From NCBI GenBank assembly GCA_051313645.2, contig JBNRSN020000010.1, positions 10,044,001 through 10,108,000 of the forward strand: DNA of 64,000 bases. Direction: 5' to 3'. The notes under the pieces were generated by a model. It saw only the letters and a program-made list of their open reading frames with translations, was not told where the DNA came from and did no database searches. This stretch comes from Centroscyllium fabricii (Eukaryota). A program made the translations under genes and the position numbers. Of this stretch, positions 38,925 to 51,410 are shown piece after piece (positions within the stretch are counted from its first letter, which is position 1; each line of letters opens with the position of its first letter).

Positions 38925-41900
38925 TGTAACGGTTGGGTGTATTCAGAATGAAGGCGGGGCCCAAATGCAGAGACACTGAAACGTTTATAAAACTAAACAA
39001 CTTTATTCCTAAAACCCCTTATAATACCCTAAACATAACAATATATATATAACACATATTCAACACAAGTCTTATAAACAGACCGGCACAAACTTCCAAA
39101 CAGCGAGCAATGAATAGAGTGGTGCTACGCAATCCATGCGCGCCATTCTCCCCAAGAATACCAGTCCTGGCATAACTGTCCACCCTACAGAGAACCGAGC
39201 AAGTCCTCCTAAGCGAGCATGACATCTCATTCCACCCCTCTGCATAGAGGATGTGGGAACAGCTATGCTTCCAGATGACCAATGTCCAAACCAGGGTTCG
39301 GGTGATGAAATGAATGTCCATGTAGTGGAAATGGGTCCGACCTACTTCTTCTGCACTGACACAGAGACTTAACCCCATGGCAAACAGGCAGTAGCGCACC
39401 AGATCCACCGGCAGGGGGACTCCCTTACCAAACAGATGAATGTCCATGTCTGAGTTTCCAATAGCAGGGAGCACTGTCAAGGCGGAGGGAAATGCGTTCC
39501 ACCTCAATGCCCCTGTTGGGTAACCCAGCCTGAGCACCAGAAATAGCAAAGAACAAGTACCAGCTGAGTCCATCGATCTGCAACTTCCTTGTCCCTGACG
39601 GCGACTCAGCACAGCAGAAAACCACCTCCTTCCAGTGGCCTGAAGAATGAACAATGGATAGCAGTCCAGTCCCATGACGCATTACTCTGCAATGATCCAG
39701 CCTCTGACCTCAGCCAACCTCCTGATTATATGCTAACCCCAGTAAGTACCCTATTGGGTGATAGCCAATAATCCTGAGGGGCGTGAGACCAGAGCACAAC
39801 TTCCACACACATAGATAATTGAACAGTTAATCACATAACTAGGGACCTATTCCTTGAAACAGCTGTGGAAGCACAGCAAAAACCGCTTCCAATATTTAAA
39901 GGAACAGGCCCCCTGTGACAGGACCCCCCCTTAAGGGCCGACAGTGACGGCCCAAATACCCAATAAGCCAAAATAGGGTGGGCGGAGGGTACAAGGAGGA
40001 GACAACAGTCTACAAAAATTTTTTTTACATAGTGCTTAAAACGCCACAGTGTCTGCTGGGCCCCATTTGGCTGGATCATTCTGTAACGGTTGGGTGTATT
40101 CGGAATGAAGGCGGGGCCCAAATGCAGAGACACTGAAACGTTTATAAAACTAAACAACTTTATTCCTAAAACCCCTTATAATACCCTAAACATAACAATA
40201 TATATATAACACATATTCAACACAAGTCTTATAAACAGACCGGCACAAACTTCCAAACAGCGAGCAATGAATAGAGGGGTGCTACGCAATCCAGGCGCGC
40301 CATTCTCCCCAAGAATACCAGTCCTGGCATAACTGTCCACCCTACAGAGAACCGAGCAAGTCCTCCTAAGCGAGCATGACATCTCATTCCACCCCTCTGC
40401 ATAGAGGATGTGGGAACAGCTATGCTTCCAGATGACCAATGTCCAAACCAGGGTTCGGGTGATGAAATGAATGTCCATGTAGTGGAAATGGGTCCGACCT
40501 ACTTCTTCTGCTCTGACACAGAGACTTAACCCCATGGCAAACAGGCAGTAGCGCACCAGATCCACCGGCAGGGGGACTCCCTTACCAAACAGATGAATGT
40601 CCATGTCTGAGTTTCCAATAGCAGGGAGCACTGTCAAGGCGGAGGGAAATGCGTTCCACCCCAATGCCCCTGTTGGGTAACCCAGCCTGAGCACCAGAAA
40701 TAGCAAAGAACAAGTACCAGCTGAGTCCATCGATCTGCAACTTCCTTGTCCCTGACGGCGACTCAGCACAGCAGAAAACCACCTCCTTCCAGTGGCCTGA
40801 AGAATGAACAATGGATAGCAGTCCAGTCCCATGACGCATTACTCTGCAATGATCCAGCCTCTGACCTCAGCCAACCTCCTGATTATATGCTAACCCCAGT
40901 AAGTACCCTATTGGGTGATAGCCAATAATCCTGAGGGGCGTGAGACCAGAGCACAACTTCCACACACATAGATAATTGAACAGTTAATCACATAACTAGG
41001 GACCTATTCCTTGAAACAGCTGTGGAAGCACAGCAAAAACCGCCTCCAATATTTAAAGGAACAGGCCCCCTGTGACAGGACCCCCCCTTAAGGGCCGACA
41101 GTGACGGCCCAAATACCCAATAAGCCAAAATAGGGTGGGCGGAGGGTACAAGGAGGAGACAACAGTCTACAAAAATTTTTTTTACATAGTGCTTAAAACG
41201 CCACAGTGTCTGCTGGGCCCCATTTGGCTGGATCATTCTGTAACGGTTGGGTGTATTCGGAATGGAGGCGGGGCCCAAATGCAGAGACACTGAAACGTTT
41301 ATAAAACTAAACAACTTTATTCCTAAAACCCCTTATAATACCCTAAACATAACAATATATATATAACACATATTCAACACAAGTCTTATAAACAGACCGG
41401 CACAAACTTCCAAACAGCGAGCAATGAATAGAGGGGTGCTACGCAATCCAGGCGCGCCATTCTCCCCAAGAATACCAGTCCTGGCATAACTGTCCACCCT
41501 ACAGAGAACCGAGCTGGTCCTCCTAAGCGAGCATGACATCTCATTCCACCCCTCTGCATAGAGGATGAGGGAACAGCTATGCTTCCAGATGACCAATGTC
41601 CAAACCAGGGTTCGGGTGATGAAATGAATGTCCATGTAGTGGAAATGGGTCCGACCTACTTCTTCTGCTCTGACACAGAGACTTAACCCCATGGCAAACA
41701 GGCAGTAGCGCACCAGATCCACCGGCAGGGGGACTCCCTTACCAAACAGATGAATGTCCATGTCTGAGTTTCCAATAGCAGGGAGCACTGTCAAGGCGGA
41801 GGGAAATGCGTTCCACCCCAATGCCCCTGTTGGGTAACCCAGCCTGAGCACCAGAAATAGCAAAGAACAAGTACCAGCTGAGTCCATCGATCTGCAACTT

Positions 41901-42234
41901 CCTTGTCCCTGACGGCGACTCAGCACAGCAGAAAACCACCTCCTTCCAGTGGCCTGAAGAATGAACAATGGATAGCAGTCCAGTCCCATGACGCATTACT
42001 CTGCAATGATCCAGCCTCTGACCTCAGCCAACCTCCTGATTATATGCTAACCCCAGTAAGTACCCTATTGGGTGATAGCCAATAATCCTGAGGGGCGTGA
42101 GACCAGAGCACAACTTCCACACACATAGATAATTGAACAGTTAATCACATAACTAGGGACCTATTCCTTGAAACAGCTGTGGAAGCACAGCAAAAACCGC
42201 TTCCAATATTTAAAGGAACAGGCCCCCTGTGACA
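38925..42234 (-). mobile_element. Non-autonomous tandem LTR retroelement: three 996-bp LTRs (38925-39920, 40082-41077, 41239-42234) and two 161-bp internal regions
   Basis: TGTAAC...GTGACA termini. 5-bp TSD CCAAT at 38920-38924 and 42235-42239. On the minus strand each internal region starts with PBS-position GAATGATCCAGCC and ends with PPT AAGGGGGGGTCC. Period 1157 bp. Confidence 0.92.
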
Positions 42235-42248
42235 CCAATGGACACATC

Positions 42249-43088
42249 GGACCCTGTTTTCCTGTGCTCCAGAGGAGCTGCACCCCCACGAAGGGGGGTC
42301 AGAAATGCCTCCTGGGGGTGCAGCACGGGGGATGCCCACGAACGGCAATTTCCTGTGCTGATGGGCAAGGTGCTTCAGCTCCCAACGCAGGAAGAACTTG
42401 CACTGACAATTTCCTGTCAGAACGGGTGATTTTTGGAGAGTGAGTCCGTGTGCAACTGGCTCACAAGCTGCCCACAAAAATCGAGGTGTAAGAGGGAGAA
42501 GATTTAGTTTTTGAAGCAGGTAAGTTCATTTTTTAACTTTAATTTAAATTTTTTACAGTTTTGGGGAGTAGTGTGGCCAGATCGGTAGCGTACAATTTTT
42601 AAGCTAAAGTTTTTTTTAAATTTTAACAAATCCGATTTTAAGTTAATTTACATGTTTCAAATCGCTCATTTTTAAAGTTAAATTTCTGAAATTTTTAACT
42701 CTCTAGCTAATTTAAAAAAATTAAAAAATCTAAGAGGAAAAAATGGTTGACGTACCTTCTGTTTCTTCCTCTGAGAAGCTGCTGTGCCCCCGCGCTGCTC
42801 CCCGCGAGTCTGTTGTGCAGCACCGCACTTCCCTGCTCTCACTAAGGTCCGACTCGGGATCTGGTCATTTAAATTAGGGATCTGGGGGGCGTTTCTTATT
42901 TAAATTTGGGATCTGTGGGGGCATGGCTGGTCACGCACCAACAATAGCCAGACCCCTACGCAGCACTCGAAGACATTTTTTTTTACAGGAAATTGTCGTT
43001 CTGTTTTCTGAAAAAAGTTGGTGCGTGCAATTAGGCATCCCCAGGGTCCTAGCGCACGCACTAACCGGCACACAGGAAAACAGGGCCC
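42249..43088. mobile_element. MITE family B (Harbinger-like)
   Basis: TIRs GGACCCTGTTTTCCTGTG / CACAGGAAAACAGGGCCC with an AT-rich centre. Internal similarity to 51411-52269. Confidence 0.75.
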
Positions 43089-44879
43089 ATTCACAATTTT
43101 CCGGGTCAAATACTAGGCTGTTGCTACAGCAACGTTTCCATTTAGAAACATACAGCCACGTCTTCAAATCGCGCCATTGCATCACCACCCCAAGCTCTGT
43201 AACATTATCCAAATTAACAGTCCTATGAACTTTGACCATTGCTCAAACTCCGGACAATTATGCAGTAATCAATGTCTTCTCAACCCCTATTGGCGGCTGT
43301 CCCTTCAGCTGCATAGGCCCAAAAATCTGGAAGTCCCTGCCTTCTCCTTTCTACCTATGTCACTTTCTTCAAAAAGCTCCTTAAAACAGAAGTATTTGTG
43401 CAAACCTTTCGTCATCTTTCCTGTTGTCTCCTTCTTTGGCTCGATATCCTGTTTCGTCTGAATATGCTAATGTTTTGGAGCGTTTTGCTAAGTTAGATGC
43501 ATTATATAATGAACGAGATTGATGCTGTAATGAGCACTCCATCTTTGGCAGTCCCGTTTTCCACATATAGCTACATGCCACATGTATAAATAACAGTGGG
43601 ATTGGACTGCAGCGATCAATCTGTTGTAATGATCAGTCCATCCTGGTCAGTTCCGAATTATCTAGGTGGATCGGTAAATTTACAATGATCAATGTGTATG
43701 GGATCCACTGAATCCATTAATTGATCTGCATTGCTGATCATGACAGTAACTGGTTCAGCGCAGGAAAGGAATCAAATCAATAAACACAGCGCATTTACCT
43801 GTATAGAGCAGAAGGGCAGACAATCTCATAGCTCAGTGACTATTCTAAACTAATGGATCCTCACTGCTTCCAACAGAGTTCACAATGTCGGGCCTGAAAA
43901 AATATGTGCTGTAGAGAAGACGGAATATAGCAGCAACAAAGGTGGTGGTGATAATGATAAAAGCAAGAGGGACAGATGTGATGCCACATTTAATAACACA
44001 CAGCGTAGATTACCAAACTTGCTGTTAGATAATACATTCCTGGTTGACCAACAGGACAAGGATAGCCGTGACCATTAACTGGCATTTGACAGGAAGTATC
44101 CAGATGCAGAGAACAATCCACCGTTTTTATGAGGCCAGTTGCAGAGCGTGGTTTTATGGTAATTAGCCGACTGTTCCATATAATAAAGCTCATGTGCTTT
44201 TCCGGCCAGGTGGAAAGAATGAGGTGACACTGAAACCCGCCTGGTGGTAAGAAAACTAAGAGGCCCCGTGATGTTGGTCAATCACATGTAGTGATCCAGC
44301 ATGCCTAATTGAATCACTAGTATTATGTCATTGGAAATTGATCCAGAAATCACAGCGCTGAGCTTCATAACGTCTCCTGCAGTCCACATAATAAAATGAG
44401 ATGGGAATTGAGCAGGCCGCCATTGGGCTGAGAGGATGTGGTGAACAGACAAAATAAAATCTGTCAACTACCAATCTAATAATATATAGTTGTGTAGAAG
44501 CGGACATCAGATGGCCGTGCCAGCCTGTGTCAAGTACAGTGAACCACCGGCGCGGAAAGACTCCATGGGCTGTTGAGCTGGCATAGTGCTGCGGAGCAAA
44601 GTATCGCCTGAGCAGTGGGGAGAAAGGAAAATGAATGGAGGGAACGTTGGGCCAGAGTTTTTCCTCCACGGCGAATCGTCCTCGCCCTATTTAATTGCTT
44701 CTACACATTCCGAGTTCTTGACCCGACAGCGACAGTTAGACATTAATAAAAAGCAGTAACAAAGTAGATACACTATTTCATCAGAGGATAAGGAAGGAAA
44801 ATTGGCAGAAACAAAATGATAAATAATGTTAAGCAAACCACCGTAAGAAATGGCTCCAGGAAAAAAAGTTCGAGCAAAA

Positions 44880-46380
44880 TCCTGGTTTAGGACTGAAGTG
44901 GAAAGATTCTGTCTAATTCTACTCTGTTATAATGAAACAAAATTTCAAATACATATTAACCAACTGAATGTCAGGTCTATGTTGCAAACTGTCTTCATAG
45001 ACAATATCAAAAGAAATCCTGAAGGATAACGAAATGGAAGTACAATGCAAGCTGGAGTCGTACACTTGTCGTTGGAGACTCAGCTTGGAGTATTACACAG
45101 GAAATGGAAGCGATCGAATTACTGACGATGGGAAGTCAGAAGGTGTCACCTACATTTTACATGTTGCTTGGCAACGCATCAGGGATTATATTTGCGAAAA
45201 GTGACATTCGATACAAGGAAAAAACGAGTTACTTCAGAGAAGGAGGAAGCCACAGCGGGTAAATGAAGGAAGCAACTAAGTGCCTGGTTGAGCATTAACA
45301 ACAACACGCATGCCGGATTTAATGTACACTGTGTAAAGCTTCAAGAAGTTTCAACAACGTTTTCTTGACTCGTATGAATAACTCATCTCCATGGAATGTA
45401 CATCTGCCGATTGGACTTTCTAAGGACATTGTTGTTTCCCTAATTGCATGACTATGCAGGAATCATCCTTTTAAATTGTGTACAATTTAAAGTGAGACAA
45501 ACATCCTCCTCGGATGACTTCAAATGAATTTTCATGTTGAACATGATTGTAAATCTCGTGAACATAATTGCTGTTATAACCTCGTGAGGATCATAAACCA
45601 AACTCTTTCGTGATATTATTACCTCATTATTTGGTAACATTTTGGGTGTGAGGGAATAATCCAAAATTTCAGAAATATCCACCATTATATGAAAAGAATA
45701 CTGATAGTATTATAACAGAATACAATGTGCATAAGATCCAAAGCTTCGGAGACACAGGCTGCAAACAGTATACAGGCTCCTGAGATAAAGATCATTTGAT
45801 AGCAAATTTGTAAACAAGCTTTCAAATAGGAATTAGGTTAGTATACTAAAACAATGAAAGATTGAAGCAAACCATTTTTGCTTACGGAAGGTCTACGGTT
45901 TGCAACCAACACAATGAAAATATCCAATTTAAAGTTTTAAGAACGAACAAGTAAAACAGCTACAAAAAATATAAAGATGCATGTACCTTTGAAAAAATGT
46001 TATCAAGTAAAAGAAGCAGCTGCTGGTCAAAACGTTTGTATGTTAATATTGGAAGACAGGAAACACCTCTAAATATGCAAATAATTGAAATAGCTAGAAA
46101 TGCATGAACCACTCTGACAAAAGTGTCTTTAATTTACAGACATAGTATATATGATACTAAGAAGAACACATTGAAGATATAATTTCAGTAGAGACAAAAC
46201 GCACATACCTGATGTTTATAATAAATTTCGAGCAGCATGGAATCACAATGACTGCTAAAAAGCAATAAAGCCAATATTAAGAATTGAATGAAGAATCATC
46301 TGAAAGAATGGCATCAAACAGAAACCATTGCAGTCTTTGTTTAGCTGATCATTTTTGGAACTCCTGAAAGAAGATAAATA
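44880..46380 (+). pseudogene. env: Decayed foamy-virus-like env (leader peptide/SU)
   Basis: Colinear remnants CCKLSS, SWSRTLVVGDSAWSITQ, HQGLYL and SFKKFQQRFL..PW resemble my recollection of prototype foamy Env (CCATSS, QWNKDIQVLGPVIDWNVTQ, PQGVYY, CYQEFANCYL..PW). Many stops. Confidence 0.5.
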
Positions 46381-46396
46381 ATTATGCAAGTAATAC

Positions 46397-46621
46397 TGTA
46401 ACCCCTTCACGGTTCTTTAGATATATGTGAGATGCGTTCTCTGTTATATGCAGTATTCTATAGTCCAGTAAGGGGGTCCCTACTACAATGGCTTAATTCT
46501 GGTTATCTTACTTTATAGTTTTAACATCAAACAGTATAAGATTGCAGTAGAATGAACTAAATTAGACCATGGTGTATATTGAAATGGATGTATACATAAT
46601 AAACATACATTCCCAATTACA
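46397..46621 (+). mobile_element. Possible short LTR
   Basis: TGTAA...TTACA termini, TATAAG and AATAAA inside, followed directly by TGG (PBS-like). No partner LTR or TSD found. Confidence 0.4.
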
Positions 46622-47009
46622 TGGATTCAAGCGAGAATCTGTCCCTTCGTCCAAATTTGAGTGCACTCTAGTATTTGTTCAATTAACACCACCTGTGGAA
46701 GTCCCCTTTCATTGGCACGCTTACGTTGGAGCTCATGGTATGTATAATGTCTGCATGACTTAAGGCTCCGAACCACTTCGTTAAATTCTCTTCACGATCA
46801 CTGGATCCCACTTTGAGTTCTGGATGCAGAGCACACAGCAGCAGCTGGAGTTGGTGACACACTCACTATATCTCTGCCGCTTTTCCAAGTAGATCCCCAT
46901 CAGTACCAGGAAAGCAGCTCTCCACATACCTCTGCCTTGCAGGTCTGGGATGAGACGACGATCCCAAGGTACTGGTGACTTGCAGCCTGCCTGTTCACGA
47001 TGTGGAAGC

Positions 47010-47850
47010 ATTTCATGCATATCCATCTCATACATCAGATAATATGGAGCATCTTAAGGGACACCCACTGATGCTGAATTGGGCACATTATTGAGAGATA
47101 CCTGTACTTCCGGAATACTGACGATCCACTTATCTCCCTTATTCTCAACATTTTGACCAATAACTTTATTATTTCCCGATATCTTACATTCCACCATCCC
47201 CGCCGATTGGGCAGGATGTGGCGTGTTGTGATCTTACCCAATCCCCTTTTGCGTACAATAGACTTTGTAGACCTTAGAGACAAAGGCTCCGCCTTAATCG
47301 GAGTGTAACACCTTGGGTGCACCAGCTACAGTAACATTATCTGAAATGGACCTGGCGAGTATATTTTCCAAACAGTCTTTGGGGAAAAGCCATAGAAGGA
47401 ATTATATCCATCCAGGCAAACCAAAACATGCCTCTATCCAAATAATGGGGAAAGTGGTCAATAAAGTCAATGAAAAGTTTTCCCATTTGCTCATCAGCTT
47501 TCAAAGGAGCTAATAATGGTGGCTTAATTTAATGTTGACTTACTGTATGAATAATATGGCTCAACATTTGCCACCTATGTTTTACAGGCTTTAAGTGTGC
47601 CTGGCCACCAATACAACCGGGTCAATTTGCAGAATGTTATTCTGGCACTAGAAGATGATTGTGTTATGTGCATGTGAACTTCTTTACAAGCTGTGTTCCT
47701 TTCTGGCTCGGGGTATTAAAGGTTGTTTTGTGCAACTTAACTAGTACAATACCAGTCGTAGTTTCTGAGTATAATACCGTGGTGGACATTTTGGTCGATT
47801 CTCTGTTATTGGATCTAATAGCTGAATCAGTTGCTCATCCTTTGATGCTA
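47010..47850 (-). pseudogene. pol: Decayed foamy-virus-like integrase
   Basis: TFCKLTRLYWWPG; PPLLAPLKADEQMGKLFIDFIDHFP; HVLVCLDGY; GAPKVLHSD*GGAFVSK; HNTPHPAQSAGMVECKI; KWIVSIPEVQVSLNN; PYYLMY. These retroviral DDE motifs are colinear with foamy IN. Confidence 0.8.
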
Positions 47851-47879
47851 TCTCTCCGTAAAGGACTTGGACGACAGAA

Positions 47880-48780
47880 TGGGTTACCGTCCTCCAGATA
47901 TTACTTTCAATAATTTGAACTAGAAAGACACCTTCTGATATTATGAGGACCCGGAATAATCCCCCAGAATTCCGCAACTCCTTACAAGATTGTGTACAGC
48001 ATTTGCGTTCGCTAATTTATAAATCATTACTTTATTTGACGATTCCAAATATATGTAGCTTGACATTAGTGCCGTCATTCAGCTATCATCTGTTGAACCA
48101 GTCGCAAAATTACCAATTAAAAGTACAGATAGCTTTCTTTACTTATTTCTCAGAGATGCTGATTATCAATTCTTAAATGTTTACATCTCTACAGTTCTCA
48201 GATTTCCTTATTTTCAAATCTTTACTTCGTTACATTTCATATTTCTTACTTCTTTCTAAATCCAGTATATCCAGCAAAATCAATTCTAAATTACAGACAC
48301 TTTCAACAGAGTGGTTCATGTAGTTCCAGATATTTCAATTGGTTGCATATAATCGTTTTCCCTATAATCGAATTTTAACAGAAATGCTATTGAATCAATA
48401 TGTGTTTCTTTTACCTGATATCATTATTTTAAAGGCAATTGTCCCTTTTAATATTTCTGTTTCTGTTTTACAGTTTTATTTCTTAACACTTTAAATTGGG
48501 CATTTTCTTTGTGTAGCTTCCAAATTGCATATCTTTCGGAAGCACCAATGATTTGCTTCAAACTTTCATTGTTCTAGTATATTTAACTAATTCTTATTTG
48601 AATTCTTGTTTGCATATTTGTTATCAACTGATTTTTATCTCATGAGCCTGTATTACTTTTGCAGCCAGTGTCTTCGAGGCATTAGAATTTTTAACCCTGA
48701 ATATGCTGTATTATTAATATCATTGTTATTTTATATTATGGTGTATTTGTCTGAAACATGGCTTATTCCATCACAATTTC
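47880..48780 (-). pseudogene. env: Second decayed foamy-like env fragment (SU/TM), inverted relative to the first
   Basis: 48285-48778 is a roughly 70-75% identical reverse complement of 45647-46140. IISEGVFLVQ resembles foamy TM SVMEGMFAVQ. Confidence 0.5.
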
Positions 48781-49113
48781 TCGTCTCTCACATTTTTGAA
48801 AAAAGCCACAGGTTATTCATTAAGAACCATATCCATGTATTATCTTCCACAGACATGGTCCTTTTATATTCCATAATAGAACCAGCACTTACTTTAGTTA
48901 GCTTCTTGCTCATAATGTATTCATAAACATCTTTGGTTTTTTTCTTGCTTTTACCTGATAATATTTTATCATGCTCTCTGTTTCCTTCCTGATTTACTTT
49001 TTAATTTCCAGCAATTTCTGGAATCTGAGATGTCTGCGTAATTGACCCCTTGGTATCTTCATATGCTTATTTTTTTTTCTTTTTCATACCATGTATGCCC
49101 CTTGACATATAGA

Positions 49114-49768
49114 GGGCTCGAGATTTGATACAGCTTGTCAGAGCTCTTTGCGAGCGTCTTGTGCAAATGAACGGCGTAATTAGTTTGAAACCTCCCACGA
49201 GATCATTATATCGGCTTGGAGCCAATCATTGGAAGCAATCCCCCATTCAAAACTTGCACGGAGAAATCTGTGTAACTTATGAAAAGAGAGATTTACAAAA
49301 CACATCTAAAAACAAAAATAAAATTTAAAAAAACCGCATTTTTTACGGTACTCCAACAAATATAAATTACCTATTTTAAAGAAAAAAGAAAAAAATCGAT
49401 TGTTATTTTAACTCGTTAACTGGCCTAAAAGAATGCTGAGCTCTCATTAAAGTTTACTAAAATTATAAACCTGAAAGAACAACACCTAATATCAATAAAA
49501 TAAAGATTTACCTGCTAAAAATGGGTGCTTACGACTGGTATTTTCAAGCGTAGACTCTTCAATACTTACTACGCTGAAAATCTTTAAAAACACGGAAAGT
49601 CACTGCGCACCTCCTGATGTGCAGGCTCGTGCTATAATCAACGCAGCAGCTCAATCCGCCCCCCCCCCCTTTGGAAATGCATGGGCAGCTGCAAACGGCT
49701 GCTTCATGCTACTTGGAGCGCTTGCACCCGAGCTCCAAATCATAAATAGCGAACGGAAATATAGGCCC
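49114..49768. mobile_element. MITE family A, older copy
   Basis: Imperfect TIRs GGGCTCGAGATTT / AAATATAGGCCC. Internal block GAAGCAAT..TTCAAAACTT..GAGAAATCTGTG is shared with 53263-54022. Confidence 0.7.
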
Positions 49769-49774
49769 ATTTAA

Positions 49775-51195
49775 TCATCTTCGCATTTTTACACCAAAGT
49801 GGATAACCTCGCATTTTTGCACGTTATATTGCATCGGCCATGCTTTTACCCAACGAACCAACCTCTCCGAATCATACTGGAGTTACTCGGCATTCTCCTC
49901 ACAGCACACCTGCCCACCCAGCTTTGTGTAGTCTGCAAACTAGGAGACATTACATCTAGTTCCCTCGTCCAGATAATTAATAATTATTGGGAATAGCTGG
50001 GGTTCAAGATTCGATCCCTGCTACTCTGAAAAAGAGGCGTTTCTTCCAACTCATTGCTTTCTATCTGCCAATCAGTTATCTATCATTGCTCTCAATCCCA
50101 TGTGCTTTAATTTTACATGCTAATCTGTTATGCGGGACCTGATCAAAATTATTTTGAAAGTCCATATATACAATTGACATTGGTTCTCCCTAATCTATTT
50201 TACAAATTACATCCTCAAAAAAATTCAATTGAAAAGTCAAGCACGATTTAACTTTGGTAAATTTATGTTGACATGGTCAAATCCGTTTACTATTTCCCAA
50301 GTCCTCTGCTATTACACCTTTTATACTGGACACTAGCATTTTCCACACTACCGATGTCAGGATTACCAGTCTGTAATTCCCCATTTTCGTTCTTCCATAT
50401 TTTTCGGATAGTGGGGTATATTAGCAAAACTCCAATCCATGGGTACTTTTCCGGAATCTATCGAATTTTGGAAAATGACGAGCAATGCATCCAATGTCTA
50501 GGGCCACTTCCTTAAGTGCTCTGGGATGTAGATAATTAGGCACTGGTTATTTATTGCTCTTCAACCCCGTCAATTTCTTTAAGACCATTTCCCTGCAAAT
50601 ACAGATTTCTATCAGTTCCTCCCTTTCATTAGACCCCATTGTCCTCGACATCTCCGGGAGATTGTCTGTGTTCTTCTTTGTGAAGACAGAAACAAACTAT
50701 ATATTTATTTGGTCTATATTTATTTGTTACCCATTATGAATTGCCCTGATTCTGACTGCAGGGGACTTCAAGGGACCTACGCTGGACTTACCAAACTTTT
50801 TCTCTTCACATATCTATAAATGCTTTTAAAGTCGTTTTTTTATGTTTCCTGCAAGCTACCATTCATACTCTATTTAATCTCTCTTATGTAATCCCTTTCT
50901 TCTCCTTTGCTGAATAATAAACTGTTCCCATTCCTCACGTTTAGTGCTTTTCCTGGTCAATTTATTTGACCGCTTCTTGGATTTAAGATGTCGCTAATAC
51001 ACCTTGTTTGATATGGTTTAGTCACTTTTTTCCATTTATTTTTATGCCAAACTGGGATGAACAAATTATTTAGTTCATCCATGTGATCTTTGAATGTTCG
51101 CCATTAACTTTCCATCGTCAACATTTTGAGTGACATTGATAAATCAACCGTACCCGACTCGCGCCTCATACCATCTCAGTTTCCTTTTTTAAATT
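49775..51195 (-). mobile_element. Decayed CR1 ORF2 fragment
   Basis: Reverse-complement similarity to the CR1 RT at 16900-18320 (NYRLVILTSVVWK, FADY, IHFG). Confidence 0.75.
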
Positions 51196-51410
51196 CAGAA
51201 ACAGGAATGACCAGTACGGATTTTAATGAAGCATTGGACCAGGTTCCAAATCGACAAACGGTAAGAAATTATGGGATATGTGGTAGATCTGACACTGTAT
51301 AGCGAGCTAATTACAAAATGAAAGCTGTTGAACGACGATTGGGATAGCTTAAACGGAATGGGTGAGTTTGTACATCTGGGATACTTCCTTGGTGTCAGTT
51401 TATTTATAAT

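Noticed and set aside
43605-43760. GATC-rich patch
   Set aside because: No consistent period could be established; probably a decayed minisatellite.
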